Below are positions 34,209 through 52,780 of a DNA stretch of 64,000 nt, piece after piece. A program made the position numbers and the translations under genes. The first letter of the stretch is position 1, and every line of letters starts with the position of its first letter. The notes beneath the pieces are model-generated. The model did no database searches and had not been told where the DNA came from. It was given only the letters and a program-made list of their open reading frames with translations. The DNA is from the human T2T-CHM13v2.0 reference genome, Homo sapiens, in the NCBI RefSeq assembly GCF_009914755.1, contig NC_060935.1; one strand, written 5' to 3'.

Positions 34209-34527
34209 ACTCACCTACTGTATCACAATATCAGCTGAAGGATTGAGAAAATGGTAGGGAAGAGCTGAAAAAAAACTCACTTTGCTTATTCTGAGGAAAG
34301 AAGAATGAAAAGAAAAGAGAAAGCTGGTGGCATGAGGAGATGTCACTGTTCCTGCCCTGTACAGGACCCTTATATCTGCACACTGAGAAGCTACACGCTT
34401 CCTTCTTCTGGAGGCAGGTGTCGGAGTCACCCCTGGGATCATTGAGCCTGGGGTCAATGAGCAAAAGGAGATACAAAAACACTTCCCCTAGTGCCAACAG
34501 GGAACACTAACTCTAGGGATAATTAGT
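34209..34527 (-). promoter_or_regulatory. Candidate OR52B2 promoter and first non-coding exon
   Basis: Minus strand: TAATTA abutting O/E site TCCCTAGAG (34511-34525), O/E site TCCCAGGGG (34430-34438), TATA-like GATATAAG (about 34369-34376), donors GTGAGT at 34275-34280 and TAG|GTGAGT at 34209-34214. Confidence 0.6.
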
Positions 34528-34599
34528 AGCTCCAGACAGAAAATGCATAAAGTATTAGAAGACACAGCATAGAGCAATGACAGAAATCTCAACAATAAA

Positions 34600-34830
34600 A
34601 TAACATAATAACAGCTAACATTTGTTGATCGATTACTATATCCCTGTCACTATGTTAAGTTTTTAACATAAATTATCTTATTTAATTATCAGAACAACCC
34701 AATGAGAAAAGGCACCATTATTATGTATCCATTTTGCAGATGAGAAAATGGAGGCTTAGAAAGACTAAGTAGTTGATAAGCAGAAAAGACAAAAGTCCTC
34801 AAGTGAACATGTCAAAGTGTTCTGACTCAG
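34600..34830 (-). mobile_element. MIR
   Basis: ACAGCTAACATTTGTTGA...TTATCTTATTTAATT...CCATTTTGCAGATGAGAAAATGGAGGCTTAGA. Confidence 0.75.
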
Positions 34831-34984
34831 TATGAAAACACTCATTAATTCCTCAGAAACTATAATTTTGGAGGAGTAATTTTGAAGCAACCCTACAGGG
34901 TCAATCACTGAAGATAAGTTCAAGAAAAAAAGAACAGAATAAATGAAGATTGACTAAAATGTGTGCATCATTCAAAGCAAAATT

Positions 34985-35810
34985 TATAAGCACGTAAAAA
35001 GATGCTCAATGTCACTAATTATCAGGGAAATGCAAATCAAAAATCACAATGCGCACCTAACACCCATTAGGATGGCTACCATAAAAAATCTGAAATTTAA
35101 ATGTAAAAACAGAAAGTAAGTTTTTGCCAGGATTTGCAGACATCGGAGCCCAGTGCACTGTTGGGGGGAATGTAAAATGATACAATCACTGTGGAAAGCA
35201 GAATAGTGGTTCCTCAAAAACTTAAAAATACAATTATCATATGATATAGCAATTCTACTTCTAGGCATATATTCAAAAGAATTGAAAGCCAAGTCCTGAA
35301 AAGATAATTGTACAACCATGTTCACAGCAGCATTTTTCATAATTGCTAAAACACAGAGGGAACTGTGTCCATCGACAGATGAATAGGTAAGCAAAATATT
35401 ATATATACCTGCAATGGAATATTATTCAGCTTTAAAAGGGACAGAAATTCTGACATATGCAACAATAGGGATGAGCCTTGAAGACATTGTACTAAGTGAA
35501 ATTAACCAGTCACAAAAAGACAAGTGGAATCATACAATTCCACTTACATGAGCTACTTACAGTAGTGAAAATCACTGAGATGGAAAGTAGAATGGTGGCT
35601 GCCAGGGGCTTAGGGGAAAGGGAATGGGGAGTCATTGCTTAGTAGGTATAGAGTTTTAGTTTTATAAGATGAAAAGAGCTCTGGAAATGGATTGTGGTGA
35701 TGGTTGCACAATATAGATGTACTTAATCTCACTGAACTATACAATTAAAAAATGGTCAACATGGTAAATTTTATGATATGTAAATTTCACCATAATAGAA
35801 AACTGAAGAA
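34985..35810 (+). mobile_element. L1MB-type 3' end
   Basis: AAAAGATGCTCAATGTCACTAATTATCAGGGAAATGCAAATCAA...GGTGATGGTTGCACAA...ACTGAACTATAC. Confidence 0.8.
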
Positions 35811-35969
35811 AAAAGTAAATTTACCTTCTATGAGCATTTAATTAAAGTACTCCAACATTGTTGAGAGGAGAATAATTCTTCCCAAATCATCTTGTAACTT
35901 TTGGAGCAATGAAATAGCTAGGAATCCAACAATGGGGAAGAGGGGGTAGAATACCAGTGTTAGATATTT

Positions 35970-37586
35970 ACTAAAAAAAAAAACACACAAGAAGTCTTGT
36001 ACACAAATGTTATAGTGGCTTTATTTATGATAACCAAAAGTTGAGAAAAAAAAAAGAAATGTCCACCGACAGGAGAATGGACAAACCAATTGTGATATAT
36101 TCATACCATGAAATATTATTCAGCAATTAAAATGAGCAAACTACTAAAACATGCAACAATACAGACTAAACTCAAGATCTTTATGTCAAGTGAAAGAATC
36201 CAGATACAAAAGTCTACATGCTGTAGGATTGCATTTATATGAGGTTCTACAACAGATAAAACCTAGTCCACAGTGTAGAAATAAGAATAGCAATTGTCTC
36301 TGGGGTGGGAAGAACCAGAGGACATTTCTTTGATGAAAATATTCTACATTCTGAGGTGAGTGTAAGTTACATAGGTGTCTGCAATTGTCCAAAGGACTTT
36401 TGGGGCTATTAGTAAAGAATAAACAGCAATGGAAAGAGCAGAAATATGAGTAAATTCTTCTCATCAGTTCTTTATAATATATGCAATAATTAAAACAAAT
36501 TATAAACCATCTGATAGTAAAGACAATGATATTTAAAAGTGGAAAGAGTAAAGGAACTTAAATAAAAGTAAAGTTTCCACAAAAGTGGTGAAATATCGAT
36601 ACTAGCAGACTATCATGAGTCACATATGTGTATTTTAATACACAAAGCAATCACTAAGAAAATTATACAAAGCAATACACTGAAAAACACTATAAATCAG
36701 GGGTCCTGTAGCCTGTTAGGAACCAGGCCACACAGAAGGAGTTGGGCGGCAGGCAAGCGAGCATTACCACCTGAGCTCTGCCTCCTGTCAGATCTGCCAC
36801 ACATTACAGTCTCATAGGAGCCTGAACCCTATTGAGAACTGAGCATGTGAGGGACCTAGGTTGCGTGCTCTTTATGAGAATCTAATGCCTGATGATCTAA
36901 GGTGAAACAGTTTCATCCTGAAACCATCCGCCCTTCCCCTGTCTGTGGAAAAATTGTTGTCCACAAAACTGGTCCCTGGTGCCAAAAAAAGGGTGGGGAC
37001 TGGTGCTATAAATAAATCAACAGGAAATCCTAAAAATATTCAAGTAACCCACAGAAATGGAAGAAAACAGAAACAGAGGAATAAGACACAGAAGAAACAA
37101 AGAGAAAACAATAAAATGGCAGGTAAACCATAACATATTAATAATTGCCATAACTGTAATGGTCTAAATACACCAATTAAAAAACAGATTGGCAAAGTGG
37201 AAAAATAAAATATGATCCAACTATATGATGTTTACAAGAATTAACTTCAAATTCAATGACATAGGTAGACTGAAAATACAAGTTTGCAAAAAATGTATCA
37301 TGCAACTATTTATCCAAAAAGAAAGCAAGAATGCTAATATTTCAGAAAAAGTGGACTACAGGGCAAAGAAAATTACTGGTGATAAAGTCACACATTACAA
37401 AATGATAAAGTAATCAATTCACCATGAAGATACAATCTCAAGTATGTAGGCTTCAAACAACAGAGTCTCAAAACATTTTCAGAAGCAAAAACTGAAATAA
37501 ATGAAGGGAGAAATAGACAAATCCACAATTAAAATTTGGGAACTCAAAAGCCACCTTGCAGTTGAAGTTCTATCTCAGCAACTCAT
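35970..37586 (+). mobile_element. Ancient L1M fragments (3'UTR plus ORF2 endonuclease remnant)
   Basis: AATGGTCTAAATACACCAATTAAAA...; continues after the younger L1 at 40434. Confidence 0.55.
36698..37005 (+). mobile_element. MER1 (MER1B-like, hAT-Charlie)
   Basis: CAGGGGTCC...GGTCCCTGGTGCCAAAAAAAGGGTGGGGACTGGTG with 8-bp TSD CTATAAAT (36690-36697 / 37006-37013). Confidence 0.88.
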
Positions 37587-37598
37587 AACAGAACTACA

Positions 37599-40421
<2,823 letters not shown>

Positions 40422-41844
40422 AACAGAACTACAAGACAGAATATCAGTAAGGATATAGAACTACCAAAAAGTGAAATTACATAGACTGTGTTCCTGACAA
40501 TACTGGAATCAAACTGGAAATCAATAACAGAGGGAGAACAAGAAAGTCTCTAAATAATTAGAAATTAAATAATAGACTTCTAAATAAAGTATGGGTCAAA
40601 AAAGTCATAAAATAATTTTTTTAAAAAACAGAACTGAATGGAAATGAAAATATAAAATATAAAAATGGGTGGGATATGGCTAAAGAAATGCTGAAAGGAA
40701 TTTTTAGCACTACGTGCCTACATTAGAAAAAAGAAAAGGTCTCAAATCAATAATCAAAGTTCCTATCCCAAGAAACTAGGGGAGAAAGAGAAAAATAAGC
40801 CCAAAGCAAACAAAAACAAGAAAGTAATAAAGTTACGAGCAGAAATTAAAGAAATTGAAAAATGGAAAAATAAAAAAATCAATAAAATTAAAAGCTGGCT
40901 CTTCAACACATCATGAAAATTAATAAGCCATCTAGCAAGACTGACAAAGAGAAGATACAAATCATCAATATGAGGAATAAAACGGGGGAATCTCACTATA
41001 GATTCTAGTATCACCACAGAAAATAAGGAAAAAATATGAACAACTTTATGCTCACAAATTTGACTGTTTAGAAAAAATAGACCAATTTATCAAAACCCAC
41101 AAATTTTCTTTAAACTCAAGACAAAATAGATAATCTGAGAATAGCCTCATAACTATTTTTAGAATGGAATCTTTAATTAATAAAAAAGAACTCTCCAGGC
41201 CCAGATGGTTTCATTGAAGAATTCTACTGAACTTTAAAGAATTAACACCAATTATTACATGATTCTTTCCAGAAAATAGAAGACTAGGAAACACTTCTCA
41301 AGCAGCCAATATTGCCCCAAACCAAAATCAGATGAAGATCATACAGAAAACAACCCTCAAAACATTAGCAAATTAAATCCAACAATGTATTTTTAAAAAT
41401 TATATGCCACAACCAAGTGAGATTTTTTTCCAGGTTTGTAAAGTTGGTTCAACATTCAACAATCAATCAGTGTAATTTACCATATGAATAAGCTCAAGAA
41501 GAAAAATCATAAAATCATATCCATTGAAGCAGGAAAAACTTTTGCCAAAACCCAATATCCATTCATAACTAAAACTCTTAGCAATGTAGAACAGAGAACT
41601 ACCATAACTTGATAAAGAGCATTAACAAAAAAACCTGCAGCTAACATCGTACTAATGGTGAAAATGGAATGCTGTTTCTGTAAGGTCAGGAACATGACAA
41701 AGATATCCATTCATCAATCTTGTTCAACATCATACTGGAATTTCTGGCCACTTCCATAAGATAAGAAAAAGAAATAAAAGGCATACAGATGGGAAATTGT
41801 TAGTAGGAATGTAAATGGTATACCCACTCATAAAATAGTTTGGG

Positions 41845-42194
41845 TATCTTAGCTCAGACTGCTGTTAACAAAAATATCATAGACTGGGTGACTTTACCAT
41901 TTATTTCTCACACTTCTGAAGGCTGGGAAATCCAAGATGAAGCCAGCAGCAGATTTAGTGTCTAATAAGCAGCTTCCTGGTTCATAGCTAGCTGTCTTCT
42001 CACTGTTTCATCATATGGCAGAAGGGATAAGGGAGCTCTCTGGGGTTTCTTTTACAAGGGCACTAATCCCATTCATTAGAGTTCTGCTTTCATGACATAA
42101 CCACCTCCCAAAGGCCCATTGTCAAATACCATCACATTGGGAATTAGGTTTTAACATATAAACTTGGGGTGACATAAACATTCAGTCTATAGCA
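41845..42194 (-). mobile_element. MaLR LTR (MLT1A/MST type)
   Basis: CATAGACTGGGTGACTT...TTTATTTCTCACAC...GGCACTAATCCCATTCAT...ACATTCAGTCTATAGCA. Confidence 0.85.
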
Positions 42195-42427
42195 GGCAGT
42201 TTCTTATAAAACTAAACATCTAAATATGCCACTATATATGACCCAGCAATTGTACCCTTGGGCATTTATCTCAGAAAAATAAAAATTATGTTTCCAAAGA
42301 AAACTCATATACAACAGTTCACTGAAGCTTTATTACTATTAGCCAAAAACTGGAAACATGCTAGATATCCTTCAACAGATGAACAGTTAAACAAACTGAG
42401 GCACATTTATACAATAAAATACCACTT

Positions 42428-42730
<303 letters not shown>

Positions 42731-43145
42731 TTAGTAGTAAAATGAATGAACTATTTATATACTGAGTCAAAAAAATTCCAAAGGGTTACATACTGTAGGA
42801 TTTCATTTATATAACATTCTTGAAATGACAAAATTATAGAAATGGAAAAAAAAGAGTAGTGGTTTCTAGGGGTTATCACTGGAGGTGTAGGAAGGAAGGA
42901 ATGAGGTAGATATGCCTATAAAAGGGCAAAAGGAGGGATCTTTGCAGTGCTGCAGCTAGTCTGTATCTTGATTTTACCAATGTCACTCTACTGGTTGTGG
43001 ACACTGTACTATAGTTTTGCAAGGTATTATTATTGGGGGAAATTAGACAAATATTACCTGAAATCTCTCTGTATTGTTTCTTACAACTACAAGCGAATAT
43101 ACAGTAACCTATAATGAAAAATGTATGTGTATGTGAAATTGGCTA

Positions 43146-43475
43146 CAGTCGTGCACTACATAATGACATTTCAATCAAAGACAGATTACGTATACAGTAA
43201 CGGTCCCATAAGATTATAGTGTCATATTTTTGCTTTACCTTTTCTATGTTTAGAGACTTACCATTGTGTTACCACTCCCTGCTATATTTAGTACAGTAAC
43301 GTGCTATACAGGTGTGTACCTTTGGAGCAACAGGCTATACCCTACAGCCTAGATGCATAGTAGGCTATACCACCTAGGTTGGTGTAAGTACACTCTATGA
43401 TGTTCGCAAAACAACTAAATCACCTAATGATGTATTTCTTAGAACATATCCACATCACTAAACAACACATAACTG
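43146..43475 (+). mobile_element. Tigger3a-like TcMar DNA element
   Basis: TA|CAGTCGTGCACTACATAATGAC...GGTCCCATAAGATTATA...CACATAACTG|TA. Confidence 0.8.
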
Positions 43476-44034
43476 TATTTAAAAAGAACAGCTGTATCTA
43501 TTGACCTAAAGAATGTATGCAATATGTTATTGTTAAATATTTAAGTATAGTACTCAGTATAAAGTAGGTGCTCATTATTTATTGAATGACTAAAAGGAAA
43601 TTATGGAAAATATATATATTATTTGATTCCAAAATTATAAAAATAAAAAAACTAAAAACTAAAAATATTTATGTTTGTATAAGTACATATGAGTATGGGG
43701 AAATGTGTGAAAAGATGCATAAGAAGATGTTAATAAAAGGTACCTTGGTAGTAGAGGAGAGGCTGGAGAGAGGACAGGATGAAAAGATTATTAAAATTTT
43801 CTTGAGGAGCCAAGATGGCCGAATAGAAACAGCTCCGGTCTACAGCTCCCAGCGTGAGCGACGGAGAAGATGGGTGATTTCTGCATTTCCATCTGAGGTA
43901 CCGGGTTCATCTCACTAGGGAGTGCAAGACAGTGGGTGCGGGTCAGTGGGTGCACGCACCGTGCGCGAGCCGAAGCAGGGCGAGGCATTGCCTCACTTGG
44001 GAAGCGCAAGGGGTCAGGGAGTTCCCTTTCTGAG

Positions 44035-44250
44035 TCAAAGAAAGGGGTGACGGATGCACCTAGAAAATCCGGTCACTCCCACCCGAATATTGCGCTTTTC
44101 AGACCGCCTTAAAAAACTGCGCACCACGAGATTATATCCCGCACCTGGCTCGGAGGGTCCTACGCCCACGGAGTCTCGCTGATTGCTAGCACAGCAGTCT
44201 GAGATCAAACTGCAAGGCGGCAGCGAGGCTGGGGGAGGGGCGCCCGCCAT
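44035..44250 (-). CDS. L1 ORF0, intact 71 aa
   Basis: MAGAPPPASLPPCSLISDCC...RCIRHPFL*, the canonical ORF0 length and sequence; expression unknown. Confidence 0.6.
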   Translation of the reverse strand: MAGAPPPASLPPCSLISDCCASNQRDSVGVGPSEPGAGYNLVVRSFLRRSEKRNIRVGVTGFSRCIRHPFL

Positions 44251-44705
44251 TGCCCAGGCTTGCTGAGGTAAACAAAGCAGCCAGGAAGCTCCAACTGGGT
44301 AGAGCCCACCACAGCTCAAGGAGGCCTGCCTGCCTCTGTAGGCTCCACCTCTGGGGGCAGGGCACAGACAAACAAAAAGACAGCAGTAACCTCTGCAGAC
44401 TTCAATGTCCCTGTCTGACAGCTTTGAAGAGAGCAGTGGTTCTCCCAGCACGCAGCTGGAGATCTGAGAACGGGCAGACTGCCTCCTCAAGTGGGTCCCT
44501 GACCCCTGACCCCCGAGCAGCATAACTGGGAGGCACCCCCCAGCAGAGGCACACTGACACCTCACACGGCAGGGTATTCCAACAGACCTGCAGCTGAGGG
44601 TCCTGTCTGTTAGAAGGAAAACTAACAAACAGAAAGGACATCCACACCAAAAACCCATCTGTACATCACCATCATCAAAGACCAAAAGTAGATAAAACCA
44701 CAAAG

Positions 44706-45722
44706 ATGGGGAAAAAACAGAACAGAAAAACTGGAAACTCTAAAACGCAGAGCGCCTCTCCTCCTCCAAAGGAATGCAGTTCCTCACCAGCAACGGAACA
44801 AAGCTGGATGGAGAATGACTTTGACGAGCTGAGAGAAGAAGGCTTCAGACGATCAAATTACTCTGAGCTACGGGAGGACATTCAAACCAAAGGCAAAGAA
44901 GTTGAAAACTTTGAAAAAAATTTAGAAGAATGTATAACTAGAATAACCAATACAGAGAAGTGCTTAAAGGAGCTGATGGAGCTGAAAACCAAGGCTCGAG
45001 AACTACATGAAGAATGCAGAAGCCTCAGGAGCCGATGCGATCAACTGGAAGAAAGGGTATGAGCAATGGAAGATGAAATGAATGAAATGAAGCGTGAAGG
45101 GAAGTTTAGAGAAAAAAGAATAAAAAGAAATGAGCAAAGCCTCCAAGAAATATGGGACTATGTGAAAAGACCAAATCTACGTCTGATTGGTGGACCTGAA
45201 AGTGACGGGGAGAATGGAACCAAGTTGGAAAACACTCTGCAGGATATTATCCAGGAGAACTTCCCCAGTCTAGCAAGGCAGGCCAACATTCAGATTCAGG
45301 AAATACAGAGAATGCCACAGAGATACTCCTCGAGAAGAGCAACTCCAAGACACACAATTGTCAGATTCACCAAAGTTGAAATGAAGGAAAAAATGTTAAG
45401 GGCAGCCAGAGAGAAAGGTCGGGTTACCATCAAAGGGAAGCCCATCAGACTAACAGCGGATCTCTTGGCAGAAACTGTACAAGCCAGAAGAGAGTGGGGG
45501 CCAATATTCAACATTCTTAAAGAAAAGAATTTTCAACCCAGAATTTCATATCCAGCCAAACTAAGCTTCATAAGTGAAGGAGAAATAAAATACTTTACAG
45601 ACAAGCAAATGCTGAGAGATTTTGTCACCACCAGGCCTGCCCTACAAGAGCTCCTGAAGGAAGCACTAAACATGGAAAGGAACAACCGGTACCAGCCGCT
45701 GCAAAATCATGCCAAAATATAA
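44706..45722 (+). pseudogene. L1 ORF1p with one nonsense codon
   Basis: In-frame TGA at 45060-45062; otherwise full length. Confidence 0.9.
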
Positions 45723-45770
45723 AGACCATCGAGACTAGGAAGAAACTGCATCAACTAACGAGCAAAATAA

Positions 45771-49611
<3,841 letters not shown>

Positions 49612-50939
49612 ACAATGAGATCACATGGACACAGGAAGGGGAATATCACACTCTGGGGACTGTGGTAGGGTGGGAGGAGGGGGGAGGGATAGCATTGGGA
49701 GATATACCTAATGCTAGATGACGAGTTGGTGGGTGCAGCGCACCAGCATGGCACATGTATACATATGTAACTAACCTGCACAATGTGCACATGTACCCTA
49801 AAACTTAAAGTATAATAAATACATAAATGAATAATAAAATTTTCTTTACATATCTTTATATTTTGGTTGCAGTAAATACTTGCAAAATTTGTATTTTCAT
49901 GGACAATAAACAGTATTTTAAAATACATTTAAATGATTTGGAAAAAAGCAAACAACCTAATAAGATGAAAAGCAAAAAATAAGAATAGTATGAATATGAC
50001 TGTAGGATGATTTTAGCACGGTGATGGTCAAATGTAACAAAATTTGCAAAATGAGGTAAATGCAGTTCTTCAAGGATGTTGTGGTGAGGGCCCAAGGAAA
50101 GAAGAAAGCTGAGAGGTTTCATGACAACAGGTGAAGCAGAAGAAACAAACATCAAATTGAAGAAGAAAACTCTGTGATGACATGTTGGCCAGAACTAAAC
50201 AGTCTATGGAGTCCATATTCAGGCTCCATAGACTACCAAAAAACTCTATAATATTACCTTCTCCACACAAAAATGAAGAAGGATGGGCTAGGAACACATA
50301 CACAAAGGTGGTTGGCCAATAGGGAAGTGGCAGTGACACATTGCAGACTTGAGTAATGTGAAAATGGACAAAGCTGACATTTGCAATAAATTCTCAGCCC
50401 TGGCCAGTGACACACTTGGAGTACAGCAACATCTATAGAGTGTCTTACATTGCTTTGAGTATGCAAGAGAAGCAAGAGGAGAAAAAGGATGCTGGCCAGG
50501 AAATTACAGAACTTTTCACTGACTCTTTAGGGAAGCTGAAAATCACAGTTGTAGACCTTTGGCAGGGAGGTTTGTATGACATAGAATTCACAATAGCAAC
50601 TGCAAAGGGGAGGCAGAAAGTCCTAGCTGTATCATGGACAAAAAGCTATAATGGAAAAGATAAAGAAGATAATTATTTGGGTGGATGCAAGAATATTCAA
50701 ATAAATTCAGAGGTCAGGAGAAAAGCCATCTTATTTCCCGACAGATTGTAGGCAAAGCAATGTGGCTGCTCCTTCAACCCTGAAGGGTGCATTGTCTAGG
50801 GAAGGGAGGGGGAAATGCAGACTGAGGAGAAATGAAATTACCCAGGAGAGAAAAGTGAAAACCAACCTGATTTAGTTTTATGAAGCCCGTATAACCCTGA
50901 CACTGCATAATCATTAAGAAAACTTGTTTAGAACTCACA

Positions 50940-51135
50940 CTGACCTAAATTCAAATCAAGACACATTAGAAGTTTTGTGAAGTGAAGTAAGCCACCTATG
51001 CCTCAGCTATTTCATCTGTAAAATGGAAATAATAATAGTGTCTACCTCATAGGGATATTATATTGAATGAAATGATATGCATAGAGTGCCTGGCACAGTG
51101 CCTCACTCACAGTAAGTGTTCAATACATCATAAAT
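50940..51135 (+). mobile_element. MIR
   Basis: GCCTCAGCTATTTCATCTGTAAAATGGAAATAATAATAG...AGTGCCTGGCACAG. Confidence 0.75.
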
Positions 51136-51269
51136 TGGGAGGCAATACTAAGTGTTGTCAAGGTCTATACACTATAAAAAGAAAATATATAATACTGTCT
51201 TTATACCTCAGGGTAAGAAAAAATAAATAATATACAAAAACCACATGTCCTTGATGTGCTTTCAGCTAA

Positions 51270-52260
51270 AATTTAAATGTTCTGTAAGACAAATGAAACT
51301 ATACATAAAATTAAAAGGCAACTAACTGGAAGGTGATATTTGCAACATCAAACAAAATGTTAGTATCTTGAATACATAGAGAATTTCTACAAATAAATAC
51401 AAGGGAGAGGAATCCTAAATGACTAACAAATATATGAAAAAATATGTTAAAACGAGATAATACTTCTAATTAATTAAATTCACCTGAGCACCTGAACCAA
51501 AAAAAAGAAAGAAAAATAAAGATAAATCAGATTCACAAAAACATAAGAGTCTGATAATATAGTGTTTTCAAGGATATTTTAAACAACAGGATCTTTCATA
51601 AAATTGCTAGTGGGAATACAAATTGGAACAACTATTTTGCAGAGCAATTTGACAATACCTGCTAAAGATAAAAATGTACATGCCTTATGACCTAGCCATT
51701 CCAGTTCTAGTTATATGCTCAAGAGAAGCTTTCACATATGTGAAAATGGAGACATCTATAAAGATATCCATAGCAGTATACATAGCAAGATAACCAGAAA
51801 CAATTTGCACTCTATCAGTGATAACTATTTGGCATAATCATATGCTACAGAACTACATAACAATTCAAAGGGATAATAAAGATCTGTTTATTCACATAAA
51901 AAGAACTCAAAAACTTAACTTGCTATATACAGTAGTAAATAATTTATGTAAACACTTAAAAGCACCAACTATTATAGCAAAAGCATTAAAAACCGAATCA
52001 GAAGAGTACACCCTAAATTCATGATAATTATTGTTTCTAAGGTGAGAGAATGAGGCACTACAGGGGATTAAAAAGATACATTTTTACCTGTAATTGTTAC
52101 TGTCTTTATTAAAAAGGAATTGGAAGCAAGTAGGAAAAAGCGTTAATAACCGTCAGTTCTGGGTGTGTTGATACATGTGCATGTTCTTATTCTTTACACT
52201 TTTGTATCCACTTGTCACTTCTCGAAAATATGACAAAAAATAAAATACAAAAAAGCACAT
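51270..52260 (+). mobile_element. Ancient L1ME-type 3' fragment
   Basis: TGCTAGTGGGAATACAAATTGGAACAACT...TATGACCTAGCCATTCCA. Confidence 0.55.
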
Positions 52261-52402
52261 TATAGACCAGAGGATCAGTCATGAGGTTGCTGCAATATTC
52301 CACAATAAGGTTGTGAGGTGCAAAATAGGTCATATTATACTGGAGACAGAGAGGAGCCATATACAGGGCTCTTAAGCAGATAGGTCTTAGTGGCTGTTTG
52401 GA

Positions 52403-52780
52403 TGTTTAGTTGGCTCAGGCTTCCATAACAAAATACCATAGACTGGGTGGCTTAAACAACAGACATTTCTTCCTCACAGTTCTGAAGGTCAGCAAGCCCA
52501 GGATCAAACTGCCAACAGATTAAGTTCCTAGTGAGGACTCTCTTACTGTTTACAGCGTGCTGTCTTCTCACTGTGTCCTCACACAGTGTGGGAGGAGAGA
52601 CACAGAGTATATCTCTCTCTCTTCCCCTTCCTATAAAGACACTAATCCCATTCATGAGGGCCCAACCCTCATGACCTCATCTAACCCTAATTACCTCCTG
52701 AAGGTCTCATCTGCAAATACCATACCCTTGGGGGTTGTGGCTGGAACATGTGAATTTAGTAGGGGGACACCAACATAACA
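52403..52780 (-). mobile_element. MLT1A0-like MaLR LTR
   Basis: CCATAACAAAATACCATAGACTGGGTGGCTTAAACAACAGACATTT...CCCTCATGACCTCATCTAACCCTAATTACCTCC. Confidence 0.88.

Noticed and set aside
50254-50475. Minus-strand ORF with NHLCV...PSFF, faintly like OR TM6
   Set aside because: No other OR motifs at the expected spacing; a tblastn or HMM search would be needed, so I treat it as chance.
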